Positions 43,142-51,960 of a DNA stretch of 64,000 bases are shown here, piece after piece. The stretch spans positions 128,289 to 192,288 of the forward strand of contig CAWAEG010000007.1 in assembly GCA_963780895.1 (NCBI GenBank), written 5' to 3'. Position 1 is the stretch's first letter. Every line of letters begins with the position of its first letter. The position numbers and the translations under genes are program-made. This DNA is from an uncultured Acidobacteriota bacterium (GTDB lineage: Bacteria; Acidobacteriota; Vicinamibacteria; Vicinamibacterales; SCN-69-37). Below the pieces are notes generated by a model. That model searched no databases and was not told where the DNA came from. It was given only the letters and a program-made list of their open reading frames with translations.

Positions 43142-44428
43142 TCAGGAGATCGTGTTCTCGAAGATCTTCGTGCCGTCCGGCAGCAGGACACGTTCGGTCA
43201 GCTTCGGTCCGTCGAAGTGGAGCGTCATGTACGCGTGCGGGACGAAGTCGTTCTCCCGACCCTTGATGTCGGGGTTCGGTCCGTCGAGCGCCAGGCAGCG
43301 GGGGCTCCACGGCTTTTGCGGATTGACTTCGAGCCGCTTCCACGTGACGTAGGTTTCAGTTCGCTCCGTCGGCGCGCTCCGCACTTCGCGCTTGCGCGCT
43401 TCGGGGATGCCCCCGTTGCCGAGGCACCTCGCGAACAGTCCCCAGTCCGTGTGTTTGTCGTACAGCACGCACTGGTGCTCGTGCCCCCAGTACCATGCGG
43501 TGATCGTTCGGCCCGCGAGCAACACGTCGAGCTTCGCCTTGAGGCCCGTCCCCTGGTTGTCGAGCCTCGAGAACAGTTGCTGGTGTGAGAACAGGACAAC
43601 TTTCCGCTGCCCTCGGCCGTTCACCAGCTGCTCCAGCCACGTCACCTGCTTGGGATCCATGTCGTGGTCGACATACGCCGTGTCGAGCCCGACGATCAGC
43701 CAGTCTTTGTTCTGCATCGCGAAATAGCTGGCCGCCTGGTTGAATCGCGGCAGCACGATGTCGAAGTAGCCGTACCCGCCGGAATACATCTCGTGATTCG
43801 AGTTGATCGCGCGGTGCAGGCGGCCGGCGCCGAACGGCCAGAGTTTCAGAAACCGTTCTTTGACTTCCTCCGCGGTTCCCGAGTAGTAGACGTCGCCCAG
43901 GTGCAGCACGAGGTCGAATCCGCCGGTCGCGGAGATGTGCTGCGCGATTCGGGGCGCGCCGTACAGGCCCGTGCCCCAGTCGCCGGCCATGGCCACCTTG
44001 AATGAATCCGGCACGGTCTCGGGCGGCGCCGTCGACCACACGAACGGATGCGCCTCGTCCCGCTTGACCCAGTCGAGCGTGCTCTTGAGCCATCCGAACC
44101 AATCGCGCCCTTCGAACCCTGTGCCGAACTTGACCTCCTGTCCGCCCGGGCCGAGCGGCTTGCCGTCGAGCGCGAGCTGCGCGAGCCGGCTCTGCAGTCG
44201 CGAGACTTCGGCGTCGGGTGCCGTCACCATCACGTCGTCGCCGGATTCGGCCGCTTCCTCTTCGAGACGATCGCGGAGCCGGCGGTACTGGCTGAGGAGC
44301 ATCGCCCGCTCGACCTGATCGACTTCGGCTTTGACGTTTGTTGCTTCGGCCGCTTCGATGCGGCTCGGTTCAGGAAGGCTGCGCACCGTGACGATCGCGT
44401 CGCGTGCAGAAAGGGACTGGTCGGCCAT
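43142..44428 (-). CDS. calcineurin-like metallophosphoesterase with N-terminal coiled-coil extension
   Basis: Motif series AMAGDWGTG, HLGDVYYSG, NSNHEMY, VLFSHQQ and WYWGHEHQ. The ~130-aa charged N-terminal region is unassigned. Confidence 0.8.
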   Translation of the reverse strand: MADQSLSARDAIVTVRSLPEPSRIEAAEATNVKAEVDQVERAMLLSQYRRLRDRLEEEAAESGDDVMVTAPDAEVSRLQSRLAQLALDGKPLGPGGQEVKFGTGFEGRDWFGWLKSTLDWVKRDEAHPFVWSTAPPETVPDSFKVAMAGDWGTGLYGAPRIAQHISATGGFDLVLHLGDVYYSGTAEEVKERFLKLWPFGAGRLHRAINSNHEMYSGGYGYFDIVLPRFNQAASYFAMQNKDWLIVGLDTAYVDHDMDPKQVTWLEQLVNGRGQRKVVLFSHQQLFSRLDNQGTGLKAKLDVLLAGRTITAWYWGHEHQCVLYDKHTDWGLFARCLGNGGIPEARKREVRSAPTERTETYVTWKRLEVNPQKPWSPRCLALDGPNPDIKGRENDFVPHAYMTLHFDGPKLTERVLLPDGTKIFENTIS

Positions 44429-44587
44429 TCCGTGCTCCCGTCTGGTTGTCGGCTGGGGTAGGCCATTTTAAGGGAATCTTCGCTTGGCCAATCGCGGGAC
44501 GTCGTGTAGCGTATCGAAACCCCAGCAGTCGCTCTCCAATATTCATTTTCGGGTACCGGTCCGGGTGTTTCCACGAAGGAGTGACGT

Positions 44588-45481
44588 ATGGCGAAGCGGA
44601 GAACGAGGCGTGCGGGCGATGAGCTGCGTCGATCATGCGGCGCGATGGCGTCACACATGGCGCTGCTCGAACAGGTGCCATCGTTTCGCGTGAATCAGGC
44701 GCGGCTCGAAAACGCCACGACCCGACGCCGTGAGGCGCCGATCAATCTGAAGAAGGCCAAGGTCGTCACCGTCAAGACCGTCGTCCACGTCGTCTACAAG
44801 ACCGACGACCAGAATATTTCCCAGGCGCAGATCGAGAGCCAGATCAAGGCGCTGAACAAGGACTTTCGCGCGACGAATCCCGATCGCAAGCAGACGCCGG
44901 AACCCTGGAAGGGCCTGGTGACCGACACACGGGTTCAGTTCAGGCTCGCCAAAGTGATACGAACCAAAACGAGCAAGAACGGGTTCAGCTTCGACGACGG
45001 CGTGAAGTCCACGGCCACCGGCGGAATCCCGCCTCAGGATCCGACGACCCACCTCAACATGTGGGTGTGCGCGCTCACCGGCGGACTGCTGGGCTATGCG
45101 CAGTTTCCCGGCGGTCCCGCCGCGACCGACGGCGTCGTGATCAACTACCGGGCGTTCGGCACGACCGGGACGGCGCAGGCGCCCTTCGACAAGGGCCGCA
45201 CCGCCACGCACGAGGTCGGCCATTACTTCAACCTGCGGCACATCTGGGGCGACACGCCCGACTGCAGCGGCTCCGACATGGCCAGCGACACCCCAAACTG
45301 CGCCGGACCCAACACCGGCACGCCGGCGTGGCCGGTCGTCACGTGCAACAACAGTCCGAACGGCGACATGTTCATGAACTACATGGATTACACCGACGAC
45401 GCGGCGATGTACATGTTCACGGCGCAGCAGGTTCTTCGCATGCGGACCGCGCTCGAGAGTCTCCGAAGCGGTCTGATGTAA
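44588..45481 (+). CDS. metzincin zinc metalloprotease, M43 (pappalysin/ulilysin-like)
   Basis: AAGGAG SD before ATG 44588. HEVGHYFNLRH zinc motif, a Cys-containing pro-region (RRSCGAM), and conserved Cys residues downstream. Confidence 0.8.
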   Translation: MAKRRTRRAGDELRRSCGAMASHMALLEQVPSFRVNQARLENATTRRREAPINLKKAKVVTVKTVVHVVYKTDDQNISQAQIESQIKALNKDFRATNPDRKQTPEPWKGLVTDTRVQFRLAKVIRTKTSKNGFSFDDGVKSTATGGIPPQDPTTHLNMWVCALTGGLLGYAQFPGGPAATDGVVINYRAFGTTGTAQAPFDKGRTATHEVGHYFNLRHIWGDTPDCSGSDMASDTPNCAGPNTGTPAWPVVTCNNSPNGDMFMNYMDYTDDAAMYMFTAQQVLRMRTALESLRSGLM

Positions 45482-45482
45482 G

Positions 45483-45818
45483 GTGGTGAGAGCGACCCTG
45501 ATGACCGCGAAACGCCGGTCCGGCGATCTGTTTTCGACGAGATGGGTGCACGTGTTCGAAGAGGACACCCCCGAGGGCGCGGTCTATCGTCCCGACGACG
45601 AGCACGTGCCGCTGTCGAGGAAGCCGCGCGGCTGGCTGGAGTTCCACGAGGATGGATCCGCGACGATCTTCGCGCCGGGGCCCGACGATCGTCCCGTCGA
45701 GCGTGCGACCACGTGGCAGGACGCGGGCCAGGCGCGGCGCACCCGTGGCGCAAACCCGGCTGAGCTCGAAATCGTCGGTCGCTCGCCTTCGCGGGTCGTC
45801 GTCAAGCACCAGCCGTAA
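45483..45818 (+). CDS. hypothetical protein (111 aa)
   Basis: GTG 1 nt after the M43 stop (alternative ATG at 45501). Ordinary composition and no recognised motif. Confidence 0.45.
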   Translation: MVRATLMTAKRRSGDLFSTRWVHVFEEDTPEGAVYRPDDEHVPLSRKPRGWLEFHEDGSATIFAPGPDDRPVERATTWQDAGQARRTRGANPAELEIVGRSPSRVVVKHQP

Positions 45819-45824
45819 GCGGCG

Positions 45825-48737
45825 CTACCGCCGGCCTTTGACCTGCCAGACCCCGACGTCGGCCGGGTAGAACATGTCGAAACTGGTGGGCTGGCCTGCG
45901 CTGTTCATGATCCAGACGGCGACGAATGTCGAGACCGTGTCCTGGAGCAGGAGGTCGAGAATGCCGTCGCCATTCAGATCTTCGCTGCCCACCACGCGCC
46001 AGCTGCCGGTGCTGGCGAAGTACACGGGCACGAAGCTGATCGGCTGACCCGAGCTGTTCATGATCCACCCGCCGACCAGGGTCGAACTCGACTCCTGCAG
46101 CACGATGTCCAGGATCCCGTCCTGGTTGAGGTCCGCCGTCGCCACGACACGCCAGCCATTGACGTTGTCGAAGTAGACGGGGATGAAGCTCGTCGCCTGA
46201 CCGGCGCTGTTCATGAGCCAGGCCGCGACGTAGGTTGTCGCCGTATCCTGCAGCAGGATGTCGGCGATGCCGTCGGCATTGAGATCCAACGTGCCGACGA
46301 CCCGCCAATTTGCGACGTCGGCCGGATACACGAGCACGAAGCTCACGGGCTGACCGGAGGCGTTCATCAGCCACGCGCCGACGTACGTCGACTGGGGGTC
46401 CTGCAGCAGGATGTCACCGATGCCGTCGGCGTTCAGGTCGACGCGGCCGACGACTCTAAAACCCAGCGTATCGGCGGGGTACACGTCCACGAAGCTCGCC
46501 GTCTGTCCGGCGCCGTTCATGAGCCACGCGCTGACGTGGCTCGACGACTGGTTCTGCAGCAGGATGTCGCCGATGCCATCGCCGTTGAGATCCGTGATCG
46601 GGCGAGTCGTGAAGCTCCACCATTCGCCGCCGTTGGCTGTCGTCGTGCCCGATATACTGACGGCGCGAACCTGCCAGCGATACGTCGTGTTGGACCTGAG
46701 GCCCAACGCCGACGCGGTTGTGGCGACGCCGACGTTGATCCAGCTCGTGTCACACGCGTTGTTGGGCGTGGTATCCACGCAATACTCATAGCTGCTCGCG
46801 CCGCTGCTCGTGGCCCACGAGAGCGTCACGTTCGCCGGTTGCCCGGCGGCGCCGTTCGGCGGACTGATCTTGAAGAGCGCCCCGGGCACGGGCGTGTTGA
46901 AAACGACCGTTGCCGTCGTGCCGCTCCACGTGACGTACCCGCCTTCGAAGTCCGAACGGCGAAGCGCGCCCCACTGGTATTCATCGGACATCGGATGCCC
47001 GAGCGCGCTCGCGGAAGTTCCCAGCTCCTGCCACTTGTCCAGGATGGCGCCCCAGACGCCGAAGGTGCCGAGCTGGCTGTGATGCAGCACACCACGCCGG
47101 CTCGTGCCGTTGCCGAAGTTCTGGAATCTGCCCGGAAGGCCCGAGACGCCCGATGGGACCGCGGAAATCACCTCACTCTGCGGGAAGGCGAGGCACGTCG
47201 CGAACGATCCGGGCCAGCCCGTCCAAGTTGTCGTCCCGCAGGTGGCGGCATTCATGACGCGCGTATACGCGGCCACGAAGCTTTGCCGAATCGTCGGGTT
47301 CGTCTCGCCCTCCCCAACGGCGTGCACCGCGATGCCGACGCCGTTCGTGAAGGACGTCAGCAGCGTGAACGACACGTCGATCACATCCGGCACCCAGTTC
47401 GCGCCATTCCACTGGAGCGCTTCCAGCGATGGGAACGGACGCCGCCAGCCGTTCTGAACGAGATAGACGGTAGAGGTTCCCAGCTGCTTGACCAGCAAAC
47501 CGTTCGAGTTGGCATCGAGCGTGATGAATAGCGGCGCGGGCGCGCCGGGGAGGACGAACACCGTCGTGATCGACGACAGACTCCAGCCTGGAACGCTGCC
47601 GTCCGCCATCGCCGCGATCACCGCCGGCGAGACCACGGCATACCGGCGATCGTTCTGCAGCCAGTACACGGTGGAGTCGTTTTGGGTCTTGATGAGCCCG
47701 CCGGCCGACACCCAGCCGGAGTCGCCTAGCAGGCCGATCGTCACCAGGCCGGGATCGTGGATGGCCTCGGCCTGCGCGATCGCGTACGTCATGAGGGAGT
47801 CCGGACTTCCGGCGGGATAGGTGTGCTCGTCGAGATGTGAATAGCTCGATCCCGGCGACCAGGTTGACGGTGTGTACAGCCGGGCACTGAGGCCGCCGTT
47901 GGCCGTGCGGCCCGTCGAGCCGCCCCAGTAGGCTCCGGGCCCTCGGGGATTGCCCGGGTTGTATCCGCTCGTGAGCTGAATGCCCAGCGCGACCGATGGG
48001 TTGACGAAGCCGAGAAGGGGAGCGTCGGTTTCGGTGACCACGAACCGATCGAAGACCGCCGGGAACCCCGACAGGCCGATCGATCCGACGCCGCCACTGA
48101 CGTTCGCGGCCCCGCTGAAGCCGAGGCCGTGTCCGAGTTCGTGGAGCACGACCGTCATGAAATCGTACCGGTTGGCGGGTGTCGCGCCGTCCGTGCCGAA
48201 GTACCAGTTGGCGAACGAGCTGTTGAAATTCGCAACGATGTCGAAGCTCGAGGGATTCCCGGCGTTGAGGTCTGCGCCCGTGACGCGATCCGCGAGCGCA
48301 TCGACGTACCAGCTACCGCTCATGGGAGCGCCCGGAAAGTCGCGCCACACGAGTTGTCCTCCGGCGCTGCCGAGGACGTTCGCGCCGAGCGGCTTGAACT
48401 CCGCGCGGACCTTGATCGGCACCGGACTCGCGACGAGCGTCGACCAGACGTCGACGGCGGCTTGAAACGCAGCCTGCGCGACCGGTACGCCGCCGAACCC
48501 GACGTACGTCACCTCGAATGACGACGTCGGCGCCTGCCCGATCAGGAATTGCCGCAGCGCCGGATTGGGTGGACCTACGAAGGTGAAGGCGTTGCCGGGA
48601 AGCGCGATGAGCCTGCACTCGACTGGCGCGGGTTGCAGGGCGAGCCGTCGCAGGGCAGGGGACACCCCGGCATACGCCAGGATCAGCCCTGCAGCAACGA
48701 CGCTGGCGAGCGGGTGCACGAGCCGTAGTCTACGCAC
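45825..48737 (-). CDS. large secreted multidomain protein: zinc metalloprotease domain, LGFP-like and FN3-like segments, six FG-GAP/VCBS repeats
   Basis: 970 aa. VVLHELGHGLGF, and the FN3-like LSWATSSGASSYEYCV...YRWQVRAV. The C-terminal repeats are DLNxDGIxDILLQ...AWLMN.aGQ. Confidence 0.8.
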   Translation of the reverse strand: MRRLRLVHPLASVVAAGLILAYAGVSPALRRLALQPAPVECRLIALPGNAFTFVGPPNPALRQFLIGQAPTSSFEVTYVGFGGVPVAQAAFQAAVDVWSTLVASPVPIKVRAEFKPLGANVLGSAGGQLVWRDFPGAPMSGSWYVDALADRVTGADLNAGNPSSFDIVANFNSSFANWYFGTDGATPANRYDFMTVVLHELGHGLGFSGAANVSGGVGSIGLSGFPAVFDRFVVTETDAPLLGFVNPSVALGIQLTSGYNPGNPRGPGAYWGGSTGRTANGGLSARLYTPSTWSPGSSYSHLDEHTYPAGSPDSLMTYAIAQAEAIHDPGLVTIGLLGDSGWVSAGGLIKTQNDSTVYWLQNDRRYAVVSPAVIAAMADGSVPGWSLSSITTVFVLPGAPAPLFITLDANSNGLLVKQLGTSTVYLVQNGWRRPFPSLEALQWNGANWVPDVIDVSFTLLTSFTNGVGIAVHAVGEGETNPTIRQSFVAAYTRVMNAATCGTTTWTGWPGSFATCLAFPQSEVISAVPSGVSGLPGRFQNFGNGTSRRGVLHHSQLGTFGVWGAILDKWQELGTSASALGHPMSDEYQWGALRRSDFEGGYVTWSGTTATVVFNTPVPGALFKISPPNGAAGQPANVTLSWATSSGASSYEYCVDTTPNNACDTSWINVGVATTASALGLRSNTTYRWQVRAVSISGTTTANGGEWWSFTTRPITDLNGDGIGDILLQNQSSSHVSAWLMNGAGQTASFVDVYPADTLGFRVVGRVDLNADGIGDILLQDPQSTYVGAWLMNASGQPVSFVLVYPADVANWRVVGTLDLNADGIADILLQDTATTYVAAWLMNSAGQATSFIPVYFDNVNGWRVVATADLNQDGILDIVLQESSSTLVGGWIMNSSGQPISFVPVYFASTGSWRVVGSEDLNGDGILDLLLQDTVSTFVAVWIMNSAGQPTSFDMFYPADVGVWQVKGRR

Positions 48738-48838
48738 TTTTCGACGGTCTGGTTGGCGCCGACGCTGAGCGGTTTACCCGGTTGCCTGAAGTTGTACCGG
48801 TAGGTGGGTCGTGGACCGCTGGCCGGGTGGCGCGGCCG

Positions 48839-49246
48839 TCACGAATCGACCGTGATCTGTCCGGACGCGACCGAACGCTGAAACTTGAGCCGGGCGACGT
48901 GTACGGTCACCGACACCGCGATCAGCAACAGGACGCCGCGCAACCACCACGACGTGACGCTCCAGATCATCGTGACGCCGATGCCAATCCAGAGAAGGCC
49001 GATCGTGATCGCCTTTTCACGCGGCGCCATCCCGCGCCCGTTCCGGTAGTTGCGGATGTACGCCCCGAGAAACCGGTGGTTCACGAGTTTCTGATGGAAG
49101 CGCTCCGAGCTGCGCGCGTAACAGGCGGCGGCCAGCAGCAGAAACACCGTGGTCGGCAGAAGAGGCAGAAAAATGCCGAGGATGCCGAGCCCGACGCACA
49201 ATGTGCCGCAGGTGACGAGCAGAGCCTGCAACAGCTTCTGACTCAT
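48839..49246 (-). CDS. YbaN-family (DUF454) inner-membrane protein
   Basis: GILGIFLPLLPTTVFLLLAAACYARSSERFHQKLVNHRFLGAYIRNY is the family signature. Confidence 0.85.
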   Translation of the reverse strand: MSQKLLQALLVTCGTLCVGLGILGIFLPLLPTTVFLLLAAACYARSSERFHQKLVNHRFLGAYIRNYRNGRGMAPREKAITIGLLWIGIGVTMIWSVTSWWLRGVLLLIAVSVTVHVARLKFQRSVASGQITVDS

Positions 49247-49514
49247 GCAGGCCCGATCATCTCACGAATGCCGCCGGCCACTCCCGCCTTCGCGGTTACC
49301 CGAGTCCACCCGCGCCAGCACTAGAACGAGCAGCGATTGTCCGCCGCGCATAGATCACGAACGCCTTGAGAACGACGACGCCAAAATCACTCGTCTCAAA
49401 GCTTGGACATGGCCTTCATGTTTAACGCTTTGAGACCAGAGACCAGCGTTTGTCACGACGCAGCACTCATCGCCGCTTCCGGGTCCTGACGCCAGCCGAT
49501 CGATCTCCGTTCTC

Positions 49515-49653
49515 TTGTTCGAGGTTCCCGCGATAGATGCTGTGGCGTACCTCGTCGCCGGCGGGACGCTCGGGCTGACGGCGTGTCTCGCGATCTGGCT
49601 GCCCGCGCCGGGCCGCGCGCGCCGATCCTGTCGAAACGCTGCGCAATCAGTGA
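49515..49653 (+). pseudogene. C-terminal remnant of an FtsX/ADOP-type ABC permease, frame-disrupted
   Basis: IDAVAYLVAGGTLGLTACLAIWLP (last TM) is in one frame. The family-typical tail PRRAARADPVETLRNQ*, ending at TGA 49651-49653, is in another. No upstream body of the gene is visible. Confidence 0.45.
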
Positions 49654-49654
49654 C

Positions 49655-49925
49655 GCTTCCCAAGAGCGGTCACCACGAAGCTCACGAAGACCACGAAGGA
49701 AAACCCGACAAGTGGGAAGAGATTTGAGACACCGGCTGATCTGGCGGGCCCGGCTTCGCCGGGCCGCGGTGTGAGAGAGACGCGCGACCGACAAGACTGG
49801 GCTGCTTTTTCTTGGTCTTGTCGGGTCGCGCGTCTCTCTCACACCGCCTCGCCGCCGCAGGCGGCCGCCAGATCAGCGCTGTCTTCGTGCCCTTCGTGCC
49901 CTTCGTGGTTGATGCTCTTGGGCAG
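49655..49925. repeat. family A structured palindromic element, copy 2 (inverted relative to copy 1)
   Basis: accacgaagctcacgaagaccacgaagg (49672-) pairs with cttcgtgcccttcgtgcccttcgtggt (-49909). The inner stem 49769-49797 pairs with 49815-49844. Colinear with the reverse complement of 4228-4572. Confidence 0.85.
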
Positions 49926-49929
49926 CGGA

Positions 49930-50586
49930 TTACCGCGCGAAGCAGTAGAAGCGGCCCGAGCCGCCCAGAGGTACGGTGTTCGAGCAGTTCTGGTTGTCGT
50001 GCGCCGAGTTCCAGGACGCGAGGGCGCCCGACGTGCTCTGACCGGGTCCGAGGCCGTCAGAGTGCCCGACCCGCGCCTTGACGTCCGTCGAGCTCGAGGT
50101 CCAGTCGGAACACGTCAACCCGGTCGCGACCGTGCCGTCGGCGTTCGATCCCGTGAGGATGTCGTGCTGGTTCGGCGTCGGCGATCCGGTCCATTGTCCG
50201 TTGATACGCGTCCCGCGTTCGTCGAGAAAGAGCGCGGCGTCGCCCGCGCGCGCGTGAAGCTCGGTCAGGTTGTTCGCGACGAGCACAAGGCTGGCGTTGT
50301 ACCAGGGACCGGTGCCGATCCGATTGCGCGCGTGCGTCGGCAGGTTGTTGTTCGACGCGTCCCGTTCGACGCTGAGATAGGCGCGCCAGGTGCGCGAGCC
50401 GTGGCCGGCCGCGGTGGCCAGCTGCTGACAAGTGGCGTCGGCGCCCGCGAGGCCGCCGAGGTTGCCGGTCGAGTTCGTCGCGCTCGTCACGAAGAAGGTA
50501 ACCGATGGATCCGACGGGCTCGCCGGACCATCGTCGTCGCAGCCGGCGGAAATCAGAAGCGCGCACACCAACAGGCGGAGTTTCAT
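49930..50586 (-). CDS. Cys-rich lipoprotein (DUF1554-like by recollection)
   Basis: Start at ATG 50586. Lipobox LISAGC. VTFFVTSATNSTGNLGGLAGADATCQ and several conserved-looking Cys residues. Confidence 0.6.
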   Translation of the reverse strand: MKLRLLVCALLISAGCDDDGPASPSDPSVTFFVTSATNSTGNLGGLAGADATCQQLATAAGHGSRTWRAYLSVERDASNNNLPTHARNRIGTGPWYNASLVLVANNLTELHARAGDAALFLDERGTRINGQWTGSPTPNQHDILTGSNADGTVATGLTCSDWTSSSTDVKARVGHSDGLGPGQSTSGALASWNSAHDNQNCSNTVPLGGSGRFYCFAR

Positions 50587-50688
50587 CGTTCTTACCCTTT
50601 CAGTTGGGCAGGACGCCGGAGGCGTCACACGGCCGCTGGTGGGGGACGCGTCGCGGCCGCGTTGGAGCTTCAGACGATTCTATCGCCC

Positions 50689-51885
50689 TCACCGGGACAG
50701 GTCCACCGCATCCGCGCGCGGCATCGCCCAGTCTGGAACGTAGTCGGGACATCCGAATCGTCCATCGCCCGGCACGTGGTGCATGGACGTGAAGTTCCCG
50801 CGCGTGTCGTTCTCGAAGCGCAAATCGAAGAGGCGATTCTGCTGGACGACCGGCGCGCGAACAAACCGGAGCCACGCCGCGGCGCGGCAATCGCCGGCGA
50901 GCCCACGCAGGGTCTCGAGCGAGACCCGGTATTGATCCACCCACGCGAACCGCGGGTTCGTGGAATCGAGCGGTCGTGACGTCGCAAAGCGGTTCAGAGG
51001 GCACGCGTCAGCCGGCCGCCAGCCGGGTATCAGCGACAGGCTGCCGCGGCGCAGGACGAGCATGCCGGCGCGATCGTCGCGTTCGATCAGGATCACGGCC
51101 CAGCAGACCGGAAATGCCGGATTCGGCGTCATCACGACATCGAGGACGCGCGCCGGCGGCGGAAGCCCGAGATCCGCGCGCACTTCCGCACGCGCCACGC
51201 GCGAGAGTACGAGCATCGCCGCCGCGAACATCAGGCAGACCAAGAGAGCCGCGATCGCTCGTGTCGCAGGCGAGTGGCCGCGAAGGCTCCAGCCCAGGAC
51301 GAACGTCAGCGCGCCGAGGATCGCGAGCGCGTCCCACGGGACAAGCCCCACGACGACGCTCGATACCGGCAGGATGACGAGGAACGCGACGAGCAGCGCG
51401 CGGCCGATGCGGGTCGTCGCATTCGCCGCCGCGGTCGCGGCGAGGACGAGCCAGAGCCAGGGCTCGAAGATAAAAAAAGTGTCGCCGTAATACCAGCGGC
51501 TATCGATGGGGAAAAACGGGTGGACACCGTACGTGTTCGCGGCGTCGAGCGCCAGATGCGAGAAGAGTCCGATCGCGATCGCGACGCACACGCGGACGAA
51601 GGGGAACGGATCGGCCCGCGACAACCGTCTCACGGTCGCCGCCATCGCCGTCAGGATCGCAAATTGCGCGAGCAGTCCAGCCACCGTGTGCGTATGACCG
51701 CGATGGTGAAGCAGGTACCCGATCGGCATCGGCGTGATCGAGGTATAGAGCAGATCCAGGTCGGGGGCGTTGGCGGCGATGACACTGGCGGCGAGAAACA
51801 CGCGCCGGGTCCGCAGCGTGGCGTTTCCGCCGAGTGCGGCGTCCGCGATTACCGCGCCGGCGAGAGAATGAGTGAGGTTTTCCAA
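50689..51885 (-). CDS. YdjM/DUF457-family membrane-bound metal-dependent hydrolase with C-terminal extension
   Basis: MENLTHSLAGAVIADA...APDLDLL...LLHHRGHTHTVAG is the LexA-regulon YdjM-type signature. Multiple TM segments. Confidence 0.75.
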   Translation of the reverse strand: MENLTHSLAGAVIADAALGGNATLRTRRVFLAASVIAANAPDLDLLYTSITPMPIGYLLHHRGHTHTVAGLLAQFAILTAMAATVRRLSRADPFPFVRVCVAIAIGLFSHLALDAANTYGVHPFFPIDSRWYYGDTFFIFEPWLWLVLAATAAANATTRIGRALLVAFLVILPVSSVVVGLVPWDALAILGALTFVLGWSLRGHSPATRAIAALLVCLMFAAAMLVLSRVARAEVRADLGLPPPARVLDVVMTPNPAFPVCWAVILIERDDRAGMLVLRRGSLSLIPGWRPADACPLNRFATSRPLDSTNPRFAWVDQYRVSLETLRGLAGDCRAAAWLRFVRAPVVQQNRLFDLRFENDTRGNFTSMHHVPGDGRFGCPDYVPDWAMPRADAVDLSR

Positions 51886-51960
51886 CGCACCGTGCGGCGC
51901 GGCGGTTCGACGCCGGTGTGGCGCCGGATGCGCCGCGGGTCTCGCCCGCGGGCCGACGCC

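Noticed and set aside
40937-43266. + strand ORFs 40937..42340 and 42163..43266
   Set aside because: They are antisense to the caspase-like and trypsin-like protease genes, whose catalytic motifs are unambiguous.
38745-44428. A gasdermin-like pore-forming gene next to the caspase/trypsin proteases
   Set aside because: I looked because bacterial gasdermins sit beside such proteases. No neighbouring ~240-270-aa product showed the expected features by eye. The 130-aa and 176-aa neighbours are too short or are polytopic membrane proteins. Only a profile or structure search could settle this.
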